Of a stretch of DNA of 64,000 nt, positions 24,701 to 36,197 are shown one piece after another. Position 1 is the stretch's first letter; each line of letters starts with the position of its first letter. The stretch lies in contig JAFDZF010000180.1 of NCBI GenBank assembly GCA_018267055.1, forward strand, positions 2,457 through 66,456, written 5' to 3'. The position numbers were made by a program, and so were the translations under genes. The notes beneath the pieces are model-generated. The model did no database searches. It was not told the DNA's origin and saw only the letters and a list, made by a program, of their open reading frames with translations. Origin of the DNA: Bacteroidota bacterium (GTDB lineage: Bacteria; Bacteroidota; Bacteroidia; Flavobacteriales_F; PHOS-HE28).

Positions 24701-25732
24701 GTGGACAAGAAGGCCCTGCCCGCGCCGGAGTTCCGCGCGCAGACCACGCAGACGCAGTTCACGGCGCCGCGCACGCACCTGGAGCGCATGCTCGCCGGCA
24801 TCTGGAGCCACCTCCTCGGCGTGGAGAAGATCGGCGTGCACGACAACTTCTTCGACCTCGGCGGGCACTCGCTCATCGGCATCCAGCTGCTGGCGCAGGT
24901 GGACGACCAGCTGAAGAAGAGCCATTCCCTGAAGGCGCTCTTCCAAGCCCCGACGATCGCCGAGTTCGCCAAGCTGCTCGAGGACGAGGGCGCCGCGATG
25001 GAATGGGAGAACCTGTCGCCGATCCAGCCCGAAGGCACCAAGGTGCCCTTCTTCTGCGTGCACGGCGACGAGGCGAACTACTTCATCCCCCGCTACCTCG
25101 GCAATGACCAGCCTTTCTATGCCTTCTTCCACCAGGGCGAGGACGGCAAGCCGATCCGCCACACGCAGGTGGAGCTGATCGCCGAGCACTTCATCCGCGA
25201 GATGCGCACGGTGCGCCCCGAGGGGCCGTACCTGCTGAGCGGCTATTCGTTCGGCGGCATCGTGGCCTTCGAGATGGCGCAGCAGCTGATGGCCGCCGGG
25301 CACGAGGTGGCCCTGCTGGCCCTGCTGGACACGTACGAGCCCACCGCCTTCATCCGCACCATGCGCGAGGAGGCGAAGTGGTACGATGGCCTGAAGAAGA
25401 AGGCGCTGCGCTGGATGGTGCGCCGGTACATGCGGCGCGGCCAGCCCCTGCCGCCGAAGCTGCGCCACTTCTACATCATCGATACGTACGACTTCGCCAT
25501 CCGCGATTACCGCCCCCGGCCCTATGCCGGCACGGTGACGCTCTTCCGCGCCCAGGATTCCACCGGGCCCGAGGAGATGGGCTGGGGCGCCCTGGGCCGC
25601 GTGCGCGTGCACATCATCCCGGGCGACCACTACAGCATGGTGAAGGAGCCGCAGGTGCGCGTCCTCGCGAACGAGCTCGGGCTGGTCATCGACAAGGCGA
25701 TCGCCACGCAGGCCGTGGAGGCCGTTTGACCG

Positions 25733-26506
25733 ATGGCAACGGGTGGACCTCGCTCGCTGGTCACGTTCTGCCACGGACCGGAGACCGCCGTGGTGGCCAC
25801 CGACCTCCCCGCGTTCACGCCGCCCCCGCCGGGCAGCATCGATGCCTGGTACGCGCCGCTGGCCCGCCTGCTGCCGCACCTCGACCGCTTCGCCGCCCTG
25901 CTCGATCCCGTGGAGAACGACCGCGCGGAACGCTTCCGCTTCGCGCACGACCGCGAGCGTTTCATCCTGGGCCATGGCCTGCTCCGTGAACTGCTGGGCC
26001 GCTACCTGAAGCGCGACGGATCGCTGGTCCGCACCGCGCGCGGGCCGTTCGGCAAGCCCTACCTGGAGCGCAAGGACCTGCGCTTCAACCTGAGCGACAC
26101 GAAGGACGCCGTGCTGGTCGCCTTCACCACGAAGCAGGAGGTGGGCGCGGACATCGAGACCATGACGCGCGAGGTGGACCACCACGCGGTGAGCACGCAT
26201 TACTTCACCCCCACCGAGGTGCACAGCATCGCCGAGGCCGGCGACGGCAAGCGCCGCTTCCTGGAGCTGTGGACGCGCAAGGAGGCCGTGCTGAAGGCGA
26301 GCGGCGTGGGCATCATGGACGACCTGAAGGCCCTGCGCGTGGACGCCCCCCGCAACACGATGGTGATCGCCCACGAGGCCTTCGCCCGCATGGCCGCACC
26401 GGAATACCACGTGCACACCTACCAGGTCGGCACGGACCACTTGATCAGCCTGGCCAGCCCTGTTCCGCTGGCGCGGTTGTCCTTGCGGGACGCGGCCGTC
26501 GTTTGA
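25733..26506 (+). CDS. Sfp-type 4'-phosphopantetheinyl transferase
   Basis: Motifs GKPYLERKDLRFNLSDT, GADIE and WTRKEAVLKASGVG. It starts 4 nt after the NRPS stop, at the cluster end. Confidence 0.8.
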   Translation: MATGGPRSLVTFCHGPETAVVATDLPAFTPPPPGSIDAWYAPLARLLPHLDRFAALLDPVENDRAERFRFAHDRERFILGHGLLRELLGRYLKRDGSLVRTARGPFGKPYLERKDLRFNLSDTKDAVLVAFTTKQEVGADIETMTREVDHHAVSTHYFTPTEVHSIAEAGDGKRRFLELWTRKEAVLKASGVGIMDDLKALRVDAPRNTMVIAHEAFARMAAPEYHVHTYQVGTDHLISLASPVPLARLSLRDAAVV

Positions 26507-26538
26507 TCGGGGGCAGCAGGCCCACGGCTTCTCGCTGC

Positions 26539-27981
26539 CTACGGCTCCTCGCCCCAGAACCGCGGGTGGAAGTTGAGCAGCCGCAGCTCCTCGCTCGCGC
26601 GGGTGACCGCCGTGTAGAGCCAGCGCACGTACTCGCGATCGATCATCTCCTCGGTGACGTAGCCCTGGTCCACGAACACGCTCTTCCACTGCCCGCCCTG
26701 CGCCTTGTGGCACGTGACGGCATAGGCGTATTTCACCTGGAGCGCGTTGGCGTACGGGTCCTGCTTGAGCTGGCGGTACTGCGCGCCCTTGGTACGCACG
26801 TCGAAGGTGGCCATGACGTCGAGGCTGAGCTGCCGCAGGCGCGGGCCGGGCAGGGACGGGCTGTCGGCCGCCAGCGTATCGAGCATCACCTTCACGTCGA
26901 GCTCGCGGTCCTCCTGGCCGTTCCACCAGCCCGCGGTGATGTCCGCGAAGCGCAGGCCGAAGCGTTCCTCGATGCCGTGAACGCGCTTCACCACGATGGG
27001 CTCGCCGTTGGCGATGAGCTCCGCCTTGCCGTTCCGGCCGGCCCAGAAGTAGTTGTTCTTCACCACCATCAGGCGGTCGTTGGCCACCAGCTCGTCCTCG
27101 AAGCCATGGATGCGCGCCCGCACCTGCTGGCTGTACTGGTAGGCGCGCTTGTTGGAGCGGCAGATCAGGCACACCTCATCGTCGCCGTGCAGCGCGAACG
27201 CGCGCTCCAGCTCGTCCTGCAGGTCGTTCCCCTCGATGCGCACCACGTCGGGGAACCCGGAAAGGAAGCGGGGCATGGGCTTCTCCTCCTCGTTCAATAC
27301 CGCGCGCAAGGACGTGGCGTTCACGAGGATGCCCGAAGCCTCGGCCTGGCGCACCACGTCGGTGAGCTCGATGCTGCCCGCGGTGAGGCCGAGGCCCGCC
27401 AGGTCCTTCACGTCCAGCGCCGGGCTGTGATCACTGCCCACGGGCGGCAGCTGCGCAGGGTCGCCGATGAGCAGCAGCTTGCAGCCGGCCGCGCTGAAGA
27501 CGTGGTCGAACAGGTCGGTCAGCAGGTCGCGGTCGCCGAACGGCCCATCGCTGCCCCCGCCCCGGCCGATCATGCTGGCCTCGTCCACCACGAAGAGCGC
27601 ATCCTTGTCGCGGTTGGCCGCCACGGACATGCCACCATAGCCGCTGTCGTCGTCGCCGCCCATGCGGTAGATGCGCCGGTGCACGGTGCTCGCGGGGGCC
27701 TTCGCATAGGCGCTGAGCACCTTGGCCGCCCGCCCGGTGGGCGCCAGCAGCACCACGCGCCGCCCTTCCTGCGCGAGCACCTTCACCAGGGCGCCCACCA
27801 AGGTGGTCTTCCCGGTGCCGGCATAGCCCTTCAGCACCAGGGTGGCGTGCTCGCGCCCGGTGGCGAGCAGCCGTTCCAGCGCGTGGGCGGCCTTGCGCTG
27901 CCCATCGGTGGGCACGTGCCCCAGCGTGTGCAGCAGCCGCCCGGAAAGCCCGGTGGCCGTAGTGGGGGAAGGCTCGCTCAT
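26539..27981 (-). CDS. SF1B RecD/Pif1-family ATP-dependent DNA helicase
   Basis: Walker A GYAGTGKTT, DEASM (Walker B), LIGDPAQLPPV, VTCHKAQGGQW (motif VI-like), LYTAVTRA. Confidence 0.75.
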   Translation of the reverse strand: MSEPSPTTATGLSGRLLHTLGHVPTDGQRKAAHALERLLATGREHATLVLKGYAGTGKTTLVGALVKVLAQEGRRVVLLAPTGRAAKVLSAYAKAPASTVHRRIYRMGGDDDSGYGGMSVAANRDKDALFVVDEASMIGRGGGSDGPFGDRDLLTDLFDHVFSAAGCKLLLIGDPAQLPPVGSDHSPALDVKDLAGLGLTAGSIELTDVVRQAEASGILVNATSLRAVLNEEEKPMPRFLSGFPDVVRIEGNDLQDELERAFALHGDDEVCLICRSNKRAYQYSQQVRARIHGFEDELVANDRLMVVKNNYFWAGRNGKAELIANGEPIVVKRVHGIEERFGLRFADITAGWWNGQEDRELDVKVMLDTLAADSPSLPGPRLRQLSLDVMATFDVRTKGAQYRQLKQDPYANALQVKYAYAVTCHKAQGGQWKSVFVDQGYVTEEMIDREYVRWLYTAVTRASEELRLLNFHPRFWGEEP

Positions 27982-28033
27982 GCCGAAGGGCGCGTCCGGC
28001 GCGCGGTGCGGAAATTAGTTCCTTTGCCTCCGC

Positions 28034-28831
28034 ATGCTCGTCGACCACCACAGCGCTTCCTACGATCCCGGACGGGAACGGGCCTGGCACCTGAGCGTGT
28101 GGATGGCGCCGGACCTGAACGCCTGGTGCGTGCACGACCGCGACACGGGCGCCGTGGTGGCCCTGCACGCGGACAAGGGCGAGCGCCTGCCCGCCGAGGA
28201 CGCCCTGCCGAAGCGGCCGGCCTCGGTCTCGTTCACCGCCCTGCCCGAGATCAGCACGCTGGTGCCCGAAAGCGCCCTGACGCCCGGCAGCGAGGTGCAG
28301 CACCTGAAGATGGTGCACGGCACGCTGCCCACGGGCCTGCTGCGCGACGAGCCCATCGGCGTACTGGGCGCACGCTGCGTCTACCTCCACGACGAGCAGG
28401 CCGAGCACCGGCTGCTCACCCGCTTCCCACATGCGCGGCCGCTGCCGCTGCAGGCCATCCTGGTGCAGGGCGCGCTGGCGCGCTCCGGCAAGGAGGCGCT
28501 GGTGTGGATGCACCGCTCGGCGCAGCGCCTCGACCTGGCGATCGCACAGGACAAGCGCCTGCTGCTGAGCAATACCTTCCACGCGGTAGGGGCCGAGGAC
28601 CTGCTCTACTATGCGCTCTTCGCGCTGGAGCAATGCGGGCTGGCCCCGCAGAACACCCTGCTGCTCGGCTCCGGCACCCACCTGGCGGCGATCGAAGAGG
28701 CCCTGCTGGCCCGGTATTTCCCACGGCTCACGCCCATGCCCGCGCCGGACGACGGCCCCATCGCCGGGCTGCGCATCGCCGCACCGCACCGCTGGGCCGC
28801 CCTGCTGGAACAGTTCGCATGCGCATCGTAG
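28034..28831 (+). CDS. DUF3822-family protein (Bacteroidota-conserved, upstream of rsmD)
   Basis: Assigned by the conserved gene order DUF3822-rsmD-coaD and by general resemblance to DUF3822. There is no catalytic motif. The stop overlaps the rsmD start by 13 nt. Confidence 0.5.
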   Translation: MLVDHHSASYDPGRERAWHLSVWMAPDLNAWCVHDRDTGAVVALHADKGERLPAEDALPKRPASVSFTALPEISTLVPESALTPGSEVQHLKMVHGTLPTGLLRDEPIGVLGARCVYLHDEQAEHRLLTRFPHARPLPLQAILVQGALARSGKEALVWMHRSAQRLDLAIAQDKRLLLSNTFHAVGAEDLLYYALFALEQCGLAPQNTLLLGSGTHLAAIEEALLARYFPRLTPMPAPDDGPIAGLRIAAPHRWAALLEQFACAS

Positions 28832-29379
28832 GCGGCCGGTACAAGGGGCGCCGCATCCAGCCCCCGAAAAGCACGGTGGCCCGCCCCACCACGGACTTCG
28901 CGAAGGAGGGCCTGTTCAACATCCTCCAGCATTCGGTGCCGCTCGAGGGCATCCGCGTGCTCGACCTCTTCGCCGGCACCGGCAGCATCTCGCTGGAGTT
29001 CCTGAGCCGCGAGGCCGAAGAAGTGATCAGCGTGGAGCAGGACCGTGAGCTCTTCGCCCACCTGCAGCGCACGGCCCGCGAGCTGAACGCGACGAACTGG
29101 CACCTGGTGAAGTCCGACGTGTTCACCTTCCTCCAGGGGCACCGCAGCACCTTCGACGTGGTGTTCGCCGACCCGCCGTTCCACCTGGAAGGCATCGAGC
29201 GGATCCCTACCTTGGTACGGGAGGCCGGCCTGCTCGCCCCCGACGGCCTGCTGATCGTGGAGCACCCGAAGGACGTGGACATGCGCACCGACCCCTGGTT
29301 CGACCGGCACCGTCCCTACGGCAACGTGCACTTCAGCTTCTTCAAACCCACCGCCGCCACCGCGACGGACCCCGCATGA
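28819..29379 (+). CDS. rsmD: 16S rRNA (guanine966-N2)-methyltransferase RsmD
   Basis: MRIVGGRYKGRRIQPP...DLFAGTGSISLE...VFADPPF (N6-adenine/RsmD-type DPPF motif). It is the true coding part of the composite 1036-aa frame-1 ORF 26269..29379. Confidence 0.85.
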   Translation: MRIVGGRYKGRRIQPPKSTVARPTTDFAKEGLFNILQHSVPLEGIRVLDLFAGTGSISLEFLSREAEEVISVEQDRELFAHLQRTARELNATNWHLVKSDVFTFLQGHRSTFDVVFADPPFHLEGIERIPTLVREAGLLAPDGLLIVEHPKDVDMRTDPWFDRHRPYGNVHFSFFKPTAATATDPA

Positions 29380-29837
29380 GCGCACGCATCGCCGTCTTCC
29401 CCGGCTCCTTCGATCCCGTGACCGTCGGCCACGTGTCCATCGTGCTCCGCGCCCTGCCGCTGTTCGACCGCCTGGTGGTGGCCATGGGCGAGAACACCAC
29501 GAAGCGCTACCTCTTCCCGCTGGAACAGCGGCTCGCCTGGCTGAAGGCCACCTTCGCGGACCGGCCGACGGTGGAGGTGATGACCTACCAGGGCCTCACG
29601 GCCGACCTGTGCGAGCGCATCGGCGCCCGCTACATCGTGCGCGGCCTGCGCAACAGCACCGACCACGGCTATGAGCGCAGCATCGCGCTGATGAACCATG
29701 CCCTGCGCGGCGTGGAGACGATCTTCCTGCCCGCCCTGGCCGAGCACGCCCACATCAGCAGCACCATCGTGCGGGAGCTCATCGCCAATAAGGCCGACGT
29801 ATCCGCGTTCGTACCTCCAGCGGTGCGCATCGCATGA
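29376..29837 (+). CDS. coaD: phosphopantetheine adenylyltransferase CoaD
   Basis: IAVFPGSFDPVTVGH (nucleotidyltransferase H/TxGH motif) and ISSTIVRE. ATGA overlap with the rsmD stop. Confidence 0.9.
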   Translation: MSARIAVFPGSFDPVTVGHVSIVLRALPLFDRLVVAMGENTTKRYLFPLEQRLAWLKATFADRPTVEVMTYQGLTADLCERIGARYIVRGLRNSTDHGYERSIALMNHALRGVETIFLPALAEHAHISSTIVRELIANKADVSAFVPPAVRIA

Positions 29838-31357
29838 GGTCCATCCTCTTCCTCCTCTCCTCGCTCGTCCTGTCCCTCGCCGCCTCCGCGGCGCCCGTGA
29901 CCGTGCGCGTGAGCGCGCCCACCTATGCCGGGGAGCGGATCCTGCTGTACCGCTACCTCGACCTGTTCACCCTGCGCACCGAACTGCTGGCCAACGGCCG
30001 GCTGGACGACCGGGGCAGCGCGACGATCGATGCGGACGTGACGGGAACGGTGAAGGCGATGGTGCGGATCGGCACCGTGACGGCCGACCTGCTGCTGCGT
30101 CCCGGCACCTACAGCGTGGAGATGCCCGCGCCCGACGCCGCGCGCCCGCGCAGCATCAACGGCACCACGCGCGTGGACCTCGTGTTCAACGACCTCGACC
30201 CGCTGGACATCAATGCCCTGGTGAGCGACCTGAACGAGCGCCTGGACGCCTTCGTGGCCGAGGACCTCGCCACCGATGAGGCCGCTGGGATGCAGGCCCT
30301 GGACGTGGTGCGGAAGGGCACAGCCCCCCTGCACCCGGATTCCGTGAAGCGCCCCAGCACGCTGTTCATCACCCCGAGCTGGAGCGAAGCCCGCGTGGAT
30401 TCGTTCGAACGGAAGCTGCGCCGCTTCTATGCCGAGGTGCAGGACCCCTGGTTCTGGAACGACCTGGACTATGGCGTGGCCGGCCTGCGCTTCGGCCCGC
30501 GCGCCAACGACCGTGTCCTGTTCGAGCGCTACCTGAAGGGCCGGCCGGTGCTGTACGACGTGCCCGAATACGTGCGCTTCCTCACCTCCTTCTTCGCCGA
30601 GCACCTGATGCGCCAGCCGTTCCGCCGCGACCCGGAGCGCCTGACGGCCTTCATCGCCCGGGCGGAGATCGACAGCGTGGGCGCGATGCTGGCGCAGAAC
30701 GACTTCCTCCGCGACGACGCCCGCCTGCGCGAGCTGGTGCTGATGGACGAGCTGTACGCGGCCCACGGCGGGCAGACCTTCGACCGCGCGGGCATCCGGC
30801 GGATGCTGGAGCAGCTGAGCACGGGATCCGCCTTCGCGGAGCACCGCACCATCGCCGCGGACATGGTGTGGGACCTCACGGCGATGCGGCCCGGCGCCAC
30901 CTTCCCCCCGCTGGCGCTGCGCAGCCCCGAAGGGCCCGTGGTGCAGCTGACCGACCTGCTCGAAGGCCCCGTGTGCGTGATGGTGACGGCCGGCTGGTGC
31001 GCCTACTGCGAACAGGAGATGATCGCCGTGGAGAAGCTGCGGAAGGAGTACGGCCCCTACGTGCGCTTCATCGGCATCGGCCTGGACCGCTCCATGGAGG
31101 ACCTGAAGGCCTATGCGAAGGCGCATCCCGGCCGGGCGGACACCTGGCTCTTCGGCGGCGATGATCCCGTGCTGATGGACGCGCTGCGCATCCGCAGCAT
31201 CCCCTCGTTCTTCCTGCTGAACGGCCCGGTGCTGGCCCAGGCACCGGCCCCGCCGCCGAGCGACGGCATGGCCGCCGTGCTGCACCGCATCAAGGTGACC
31301 ACGGAGCAGGAGCACCGCATCACCCCCGATCGCGGTACGCGGCCTCCCAGGCGCTGA
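29834..31357 (+). CDS. exported protein with an N-terminal domain of unknown function and a C-terminal TlpA/redoxin-like thioredoxin domain
   Basis: Signal peptide MRSILFLLSSLVLSLAASAAP. C-terminal VCVMVTAGWCAYCEQE (WCxxC) ...SIPSFFLLNGPV. ATGA overlap with the coaD stop. Confidence 0.75.
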   Translation: MRSILFLLSSLVLSLAASAAPVTVRVSAPTYAGERILLYRYLDLFTLRTELLANGRLDDRGSATIDADVTGTVKAMVRIGTVTADLLLRPGTYSVEMPAPDAARPRSINGTTRVDLVFNDLDPLDINALVSDLNERLDAFVAEDLATDEAAGMQALDVVRKGTAPLHPDSVKRPSTLFITPSWSEARVDSFERKLRRFYAEVQDPWFWNDLDYGVAGLRFGPRANDRVLFERYLKGRPVLYDVPEYVRFLTSFFAEHLMRQPFRRDPERLTAFIARAEIDSVGAMLAQNDFLRDDARLRELVLMDELYAAHGGQTFDRAGIRRMLEQLSTGSAFAEHRTIAADMVWDLTAMRPGATFPPLALRSPEGPVVQLTDLLEGPVCVMVTAGWCAYCEQEMIAVEKLRKEYGPYVRFIGIGLDRSMEDLKAYAKAHPGRADTWLFGGDDPVLMDALRIRSIPSFFLLNGPVLAQAPAPPPSDGMAAVLHRIKVTTEQEHRITPDRGTRPPRR

Positions 31358-31958
31358 TCACGGGGCGCAGCGACGGGTACGTCCCCCGCTGCATGTCGGC
31401 CACGCCCGCCGCGTCCATCCAGCGCACTTCCTGGATGTCCTCCTCGTGCTGGGCCACCAGTTCCTCCTTCGACGATGCGCGCATGAGGAACCAGTCCGTG
31501 CGCTTCAGGTGCTGCTGTCCGTTGCGTTCGTACGTATGCCACGTGGCGCACAGCGGGGCTTCGAGCGCCACCCGCTTCAGGCCGCACTCCTCCTCCACCT
31601 CGCGCACGGCGGCGGCCGGGATGTCCTCGCCCTTCTCCACCTTGCCCTTGGGCAGGTCCCACACGCCCAGGCGGTGGATGGCGAGCAGCCGGCCGCGCTC
31701 ATCGGTGACCGTGCCGCCGGCGGCCTGCACGAAGCGGTAGCCGCTCCGGAACCAGGCCCACAGCTCTTCCACGTCCTCGTTGAACACGTGGACGCCCTGG
31801 ACGGTGCGGCTGTGCAACAGCTCCCCGCTGAGGTGGGGGAGCTCCGCGGCGGCATGCACCTGCACCGCCAGCCAGTGGTCGGGAACGGCGCGCGGATCCG
31901 GGCGTTCGCCGATGACGAACGGTTTCCCGTCGATGTAGACTTCATACTTTCGTGCCAT
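31320..31958 (-). CDS. NUDIX hydrolase
   Basis: Nudix box GVWDLPKGKVEKGEDIPAAAVREVEEECGL. The preferred start is the ATG at 31958 (MARKYEVYIDGKPFVIGERP). The ORF track extends to a GTG at 32045. Confidence 0.75.
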   Translation of the reverse strand: MARKYEVYIDGKPFVIGERPDPRAVPDHWLAVQVHAAAELPHLSGELLHSRTVQGVHVFNEDVEELWAWFRSGYRFVQAAGGTVTDERGRLLAIHRLGVWDLPKGKVEKGEDIPAAAVREVEEECGLKRVALEAPLCATWHTYERNGQQHLKRTDWFLMRASSKEELVAQHEEDIQEVRWMDAAGVADMQRGTYPSLRPVISAWEAAYRDRG

Positions 31959-32622
31959 GGACGCACGCCTCGATCCGGCGCTGAAGATCGCCGAATTCCT
32001 CTTACAGATCAAGGCCGTCAAGCTCAGCCCCAAGAAGCCCTTCACCTGGGCCAGCGGCTGGAAGAGCCCGATCTACTGCGACAACCGGAAGACCCTGAGC
32101 TATCCGACGGTGCGCACCTACATCCGGCAGCAGTTCGTGCAGGCGATCGACCACGAGTTCGGCCGCCCGGACATGATCGCGGGCGTGGCCACCGGCGGCA
32201 TCGCGCACGGCGCGCTGGTGGCGCACGACATGGGCCTGCCCTTCATCTACGTCCGCAGTTCCGCCAAGGAGCACGGCATGAAGAACCAGGTGGAAGGCGA
32301 CCTGACCACCGGCCGCAGCGTGGTGGTGGTGGAGGACCTGGTGAGCACCGGCAAGAGCAGCCTGAACGCCGTGCACTCGCTGCGTGATGCGGGCTGCGAG
32401 GTGAAAGGCATGGTGAGCATCTTCACCTACGGCTTCGACGAGGCCCTGAGGGCCTTCGAACAGGAGAAGGTGAAGCTGCACGCGCTCACCAGCTACAGCA
32501 TCCTGCTCGACCAGGCCATGCACGACAAATACATCACGGAGCAGGACCTGATCAGCCTGAACGAGTGGCGCAAGGATCCCGCCAACTGGAACAAACCCGT
32601 GACGGAGACCGCCAAGGGATGA
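31957..32622 (+). CDS. pyrE: orotate phosphoribosyltransferase
   Basis: KLSPKKPFTWASGWKSPIYCDNR and the PRPP-binding loop VVVVEDLVSTGKS. The ATG at 31957 lies in the palindrome CCATGG shared with the divergent NUDIX start. Confidence 0.9.
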   Translation: MDARLDPALKIAEFLLQIKAVKLSPKKPFTWASGWKSPIYCDNRKTLSYPTVRTYIRQQFVQAIDHEFGRPDMIAGVATGGIAHGALVAHDMGLPFIYVRSSAKEHGMKNQVEGDLTTGRSVVVVEDLVSTGKSSLNAVHSLRDAGCEVKGMVSIFTYGFDEALRAFEQEKVKLHALTSYSILLDQAMHDKYITEQDLISLNEWRKDPANWNKPVTETAKG

Positions 32623-33020
32623 CGCGCATCGAAAGCAAAGAAGTGACCATCCCGCGCCCCGTGCAGGAGGTCGAGTCCTTCCTGGGGGACATGAACAACT
32701 TCCTGCAGCTGCTGCCGCAGGACCGCATCAGCGAATGGAAGAGCGACGGCCGCTCCTGCTCCTTCAAGGTGCAGGGCGCCGCCACCATCGGCCTGCAGCT
32801 GGACGGCGGCACGCCGGGGAAGCTGGTGCGCATGAAGAGCACCGAGCGCTCCCCCTTCCCCTTCTCGCTGGACGTGCACCTGGACGACCAGGGCGCCGCC
32901 ACCAAGGCCCACCAGGTGTTCGAGGCCGACCTGAACCCCATCCTGAAGATGATGGTGGCCGGGCCGCTGAAGAACCTCTTCGACCACATCGCGGACAAGA
33001 TGGTGGCGATCCATTCCTGA
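32619..33020 (+). CDS. SRPBCC (START/Bet v1-like) domain protein
   Basis: A short protein with the polyketide-cyclase/SRPBCC pattern (VTIPRPVQEVESFLGDMNNF...). The ATGA overlap with the pyrE stop indicates translational coupling. Confidence 0.55.
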   Translation: MTRIESKEVTIPRPVQEVESFLGDMNNFLQLLPQDRISEWKSDGRSCSFKVQGAATIGLQLDGGTPGKLVRMKSTERSPFPFSLDVHLDDQGAATKAHQVFEADLNPILKMMVAGPLKNLFDHIADKMVAIHS

Positions 33021-33048
33021 TCGGTCGACCGACCGACCAGTCCCTTCC

Positions 33049-34872
<1,824 letters not shown>

Positions 34873-34899
34873 CGGGAACGTGTACGGTGCGCGGGCTCC

Positions 34900-35517
34900 T
34901 CAAAGCGCCACCTCCACCACCTTCTTCGTCGCGAAGAACTCCTCGGTGAAGAAGTCGCTGAGCTGGTGCACCCGCACCGGCTGGTGCACCGGCAGGATCT
35001 CGTCGGCCAGCTCGCCGCCCTTCAGGTAGAGCATGCGGCCCTGGCCCTTGCGCACCAGGTGCTTCGTGGCCCGGATGAACTCGGGCAGCGTGGTGACGGC
35101 ACGGCTCACGATGGCATCGTAGGTCTTCTTGTGGTCCTCGCTGCGGACCTGCTCGGCGGTGACGTTGGTGAGGCCCAGCCCCGCGATCACACCTTTCACG
35201 GCCATGATCTTCTTGCCGATGCCGTCGATGCCGTGGAAGCGGCTCCCGGGGAACAGGATCGCCAGGGGGATGAGCGGGAACCCGCCGCCGGTGCCCACGT
35301 CGATGACCGCGGTGCCGGGCGCGAACGCGTGGACCTTGGCGATGCCCAGGGAATGCAGGATGTGCCGCTCATAGAGGTGCACGATGTCCTTGCGCGAGAT
35401 GAGGTTGACGCGCTCGTTCCATTCCCCATAGAGCGGCCCCAGGCGCTCCAGGTGGGCGCGTTGGTCCGGGCTGAGGTCCGGGAAGTACTTGGTCAGGAGG
35501 TCCAGGCCTTCTTGCAT
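34900..35517 (-). CDS. rsmG: 16S rRNA (guanine527-N7)-methyltransferase RsmG/GidB
   Basis: NERVNLISRKDIVHLYERHILHSL, DVGTGGGFPLIPLAI. Confidence 0.85.
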   Translation of the reverse strand: MQEGLDLLTKYFPDLSPDQRAHLERLGPLYGEWNERVNLISRKDIVHLYERHILHSLGIAKVHAFAPGTAVIDVGTGGGFPLIPLAILFPGSRFHGIDGIGKKIMAVKGVIAGLGLTNVTAEQVRSEDHKKTYDAIVSRAVTTLPEFIRATKHLVRKGQGRMLYLKGGELADEILPVHQPVRVHQLSDFFTEEFFATKKVVEVAL

Positions 35518-35588
35518 AGGCTCATCGGCTCAGGTGCCCGTGACCGTGATGGAGGGGCACAGAAGCACATGCCCGCAGGGGCACAGGG

Positions 35589-36197
35589 TCAGATCGTGTC
35601 CTTGCGGTGGTCGAGGAGGTTCATGAGGAACTCGCGGGCGCGGAAGAGCTGCGCCTTCACGGTGCCGAGCGGCAGGTCGAGCTCATCGGCGATCTCTTCG
35701 TAGCTGTACTCCTTGTAGTAACGCAGCTCCACCAGGGTGCGGTAGCGCGGCTTCAGCTTCTCCACCACCTCGCGCATCACCTCGCTCTTCTGGTCCTTGA
35801 TGACGCTCTCGGCCGGGTCGAGGCCGTGGCCCTTCAGCTCGATGTGCATCTCGTCCCCGTCCTCGGTGCCGATGGGGTTGTCGATGCTGAGCATCTTCTT
35901 CTTCTGTTTCCGGATCCAGTCGATGCAGTTGTTCGACGCGATCTTGAACAGCCAGGTGCTGAACGCGTAGTTGGGCGTGTACTGGTGCAGGCGGTTGAAG
36001 GCCTTGCCGAAGGCCTCGATGGTGAGGTCCTCCGCGTCGTCCTTGTTGTTGATCATCTTCAACAACATGAAGTAGATGGAGTCGCGGTAGCGCCCCATCA
36101 GCTCGGCGTAGGCCTTCTGGTCCTTCTTGTCCACCGCACGGCGCACGAGGGCCAGGTCGTACAGCGCCTTTTCGGAGAGGTTCTCGCTTACTTCCAT
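35589..36197 (-). CDS. sigma-70 family RNA polymerase sigma factor (ECF-like)
   Basis: Region-2-like NNCIDWIRKQKK and region-4 HTH LRYYKEYSYEEIADELDLPLGTVKAQLFRAR. The ATG at 36197 (MEVSENL) was chosen. The ORF-track start at 36413 adds a His/Pro/Arg-rich shadow extension. Confidence 0.75.
   Translation of the reverse strand: MEVSENLSEKALYDLALVRRAVDKKDQKAYAELMGRYRDSIYFMLLKMINNKDDAEDLTIEAFGKAFNRLHQYTPNYAFSTWLFKIASNNCIDWIRKQKKKMLSIDNPIGTEDGDEMHIELKGHGLDPAESVIKDQKSEVMREVVEKLKPRYRTLVELRYYKEYSYEEIADELDLPLGTVKAQLFRAREFLMNLLDHRKDTI

Noticed and set aside
26269-28818. Upstream 2.5 kb of the 1036-aa plus ORF 26269..29379
   Set aside because: This is a composite ORF. Only the last 187 codons (rsmD from the ATG at 28819) have a recognisable protein. 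The rest overlaps the convincing minus-strand helicase and the plus-strand DUF3822 gene in other frames.
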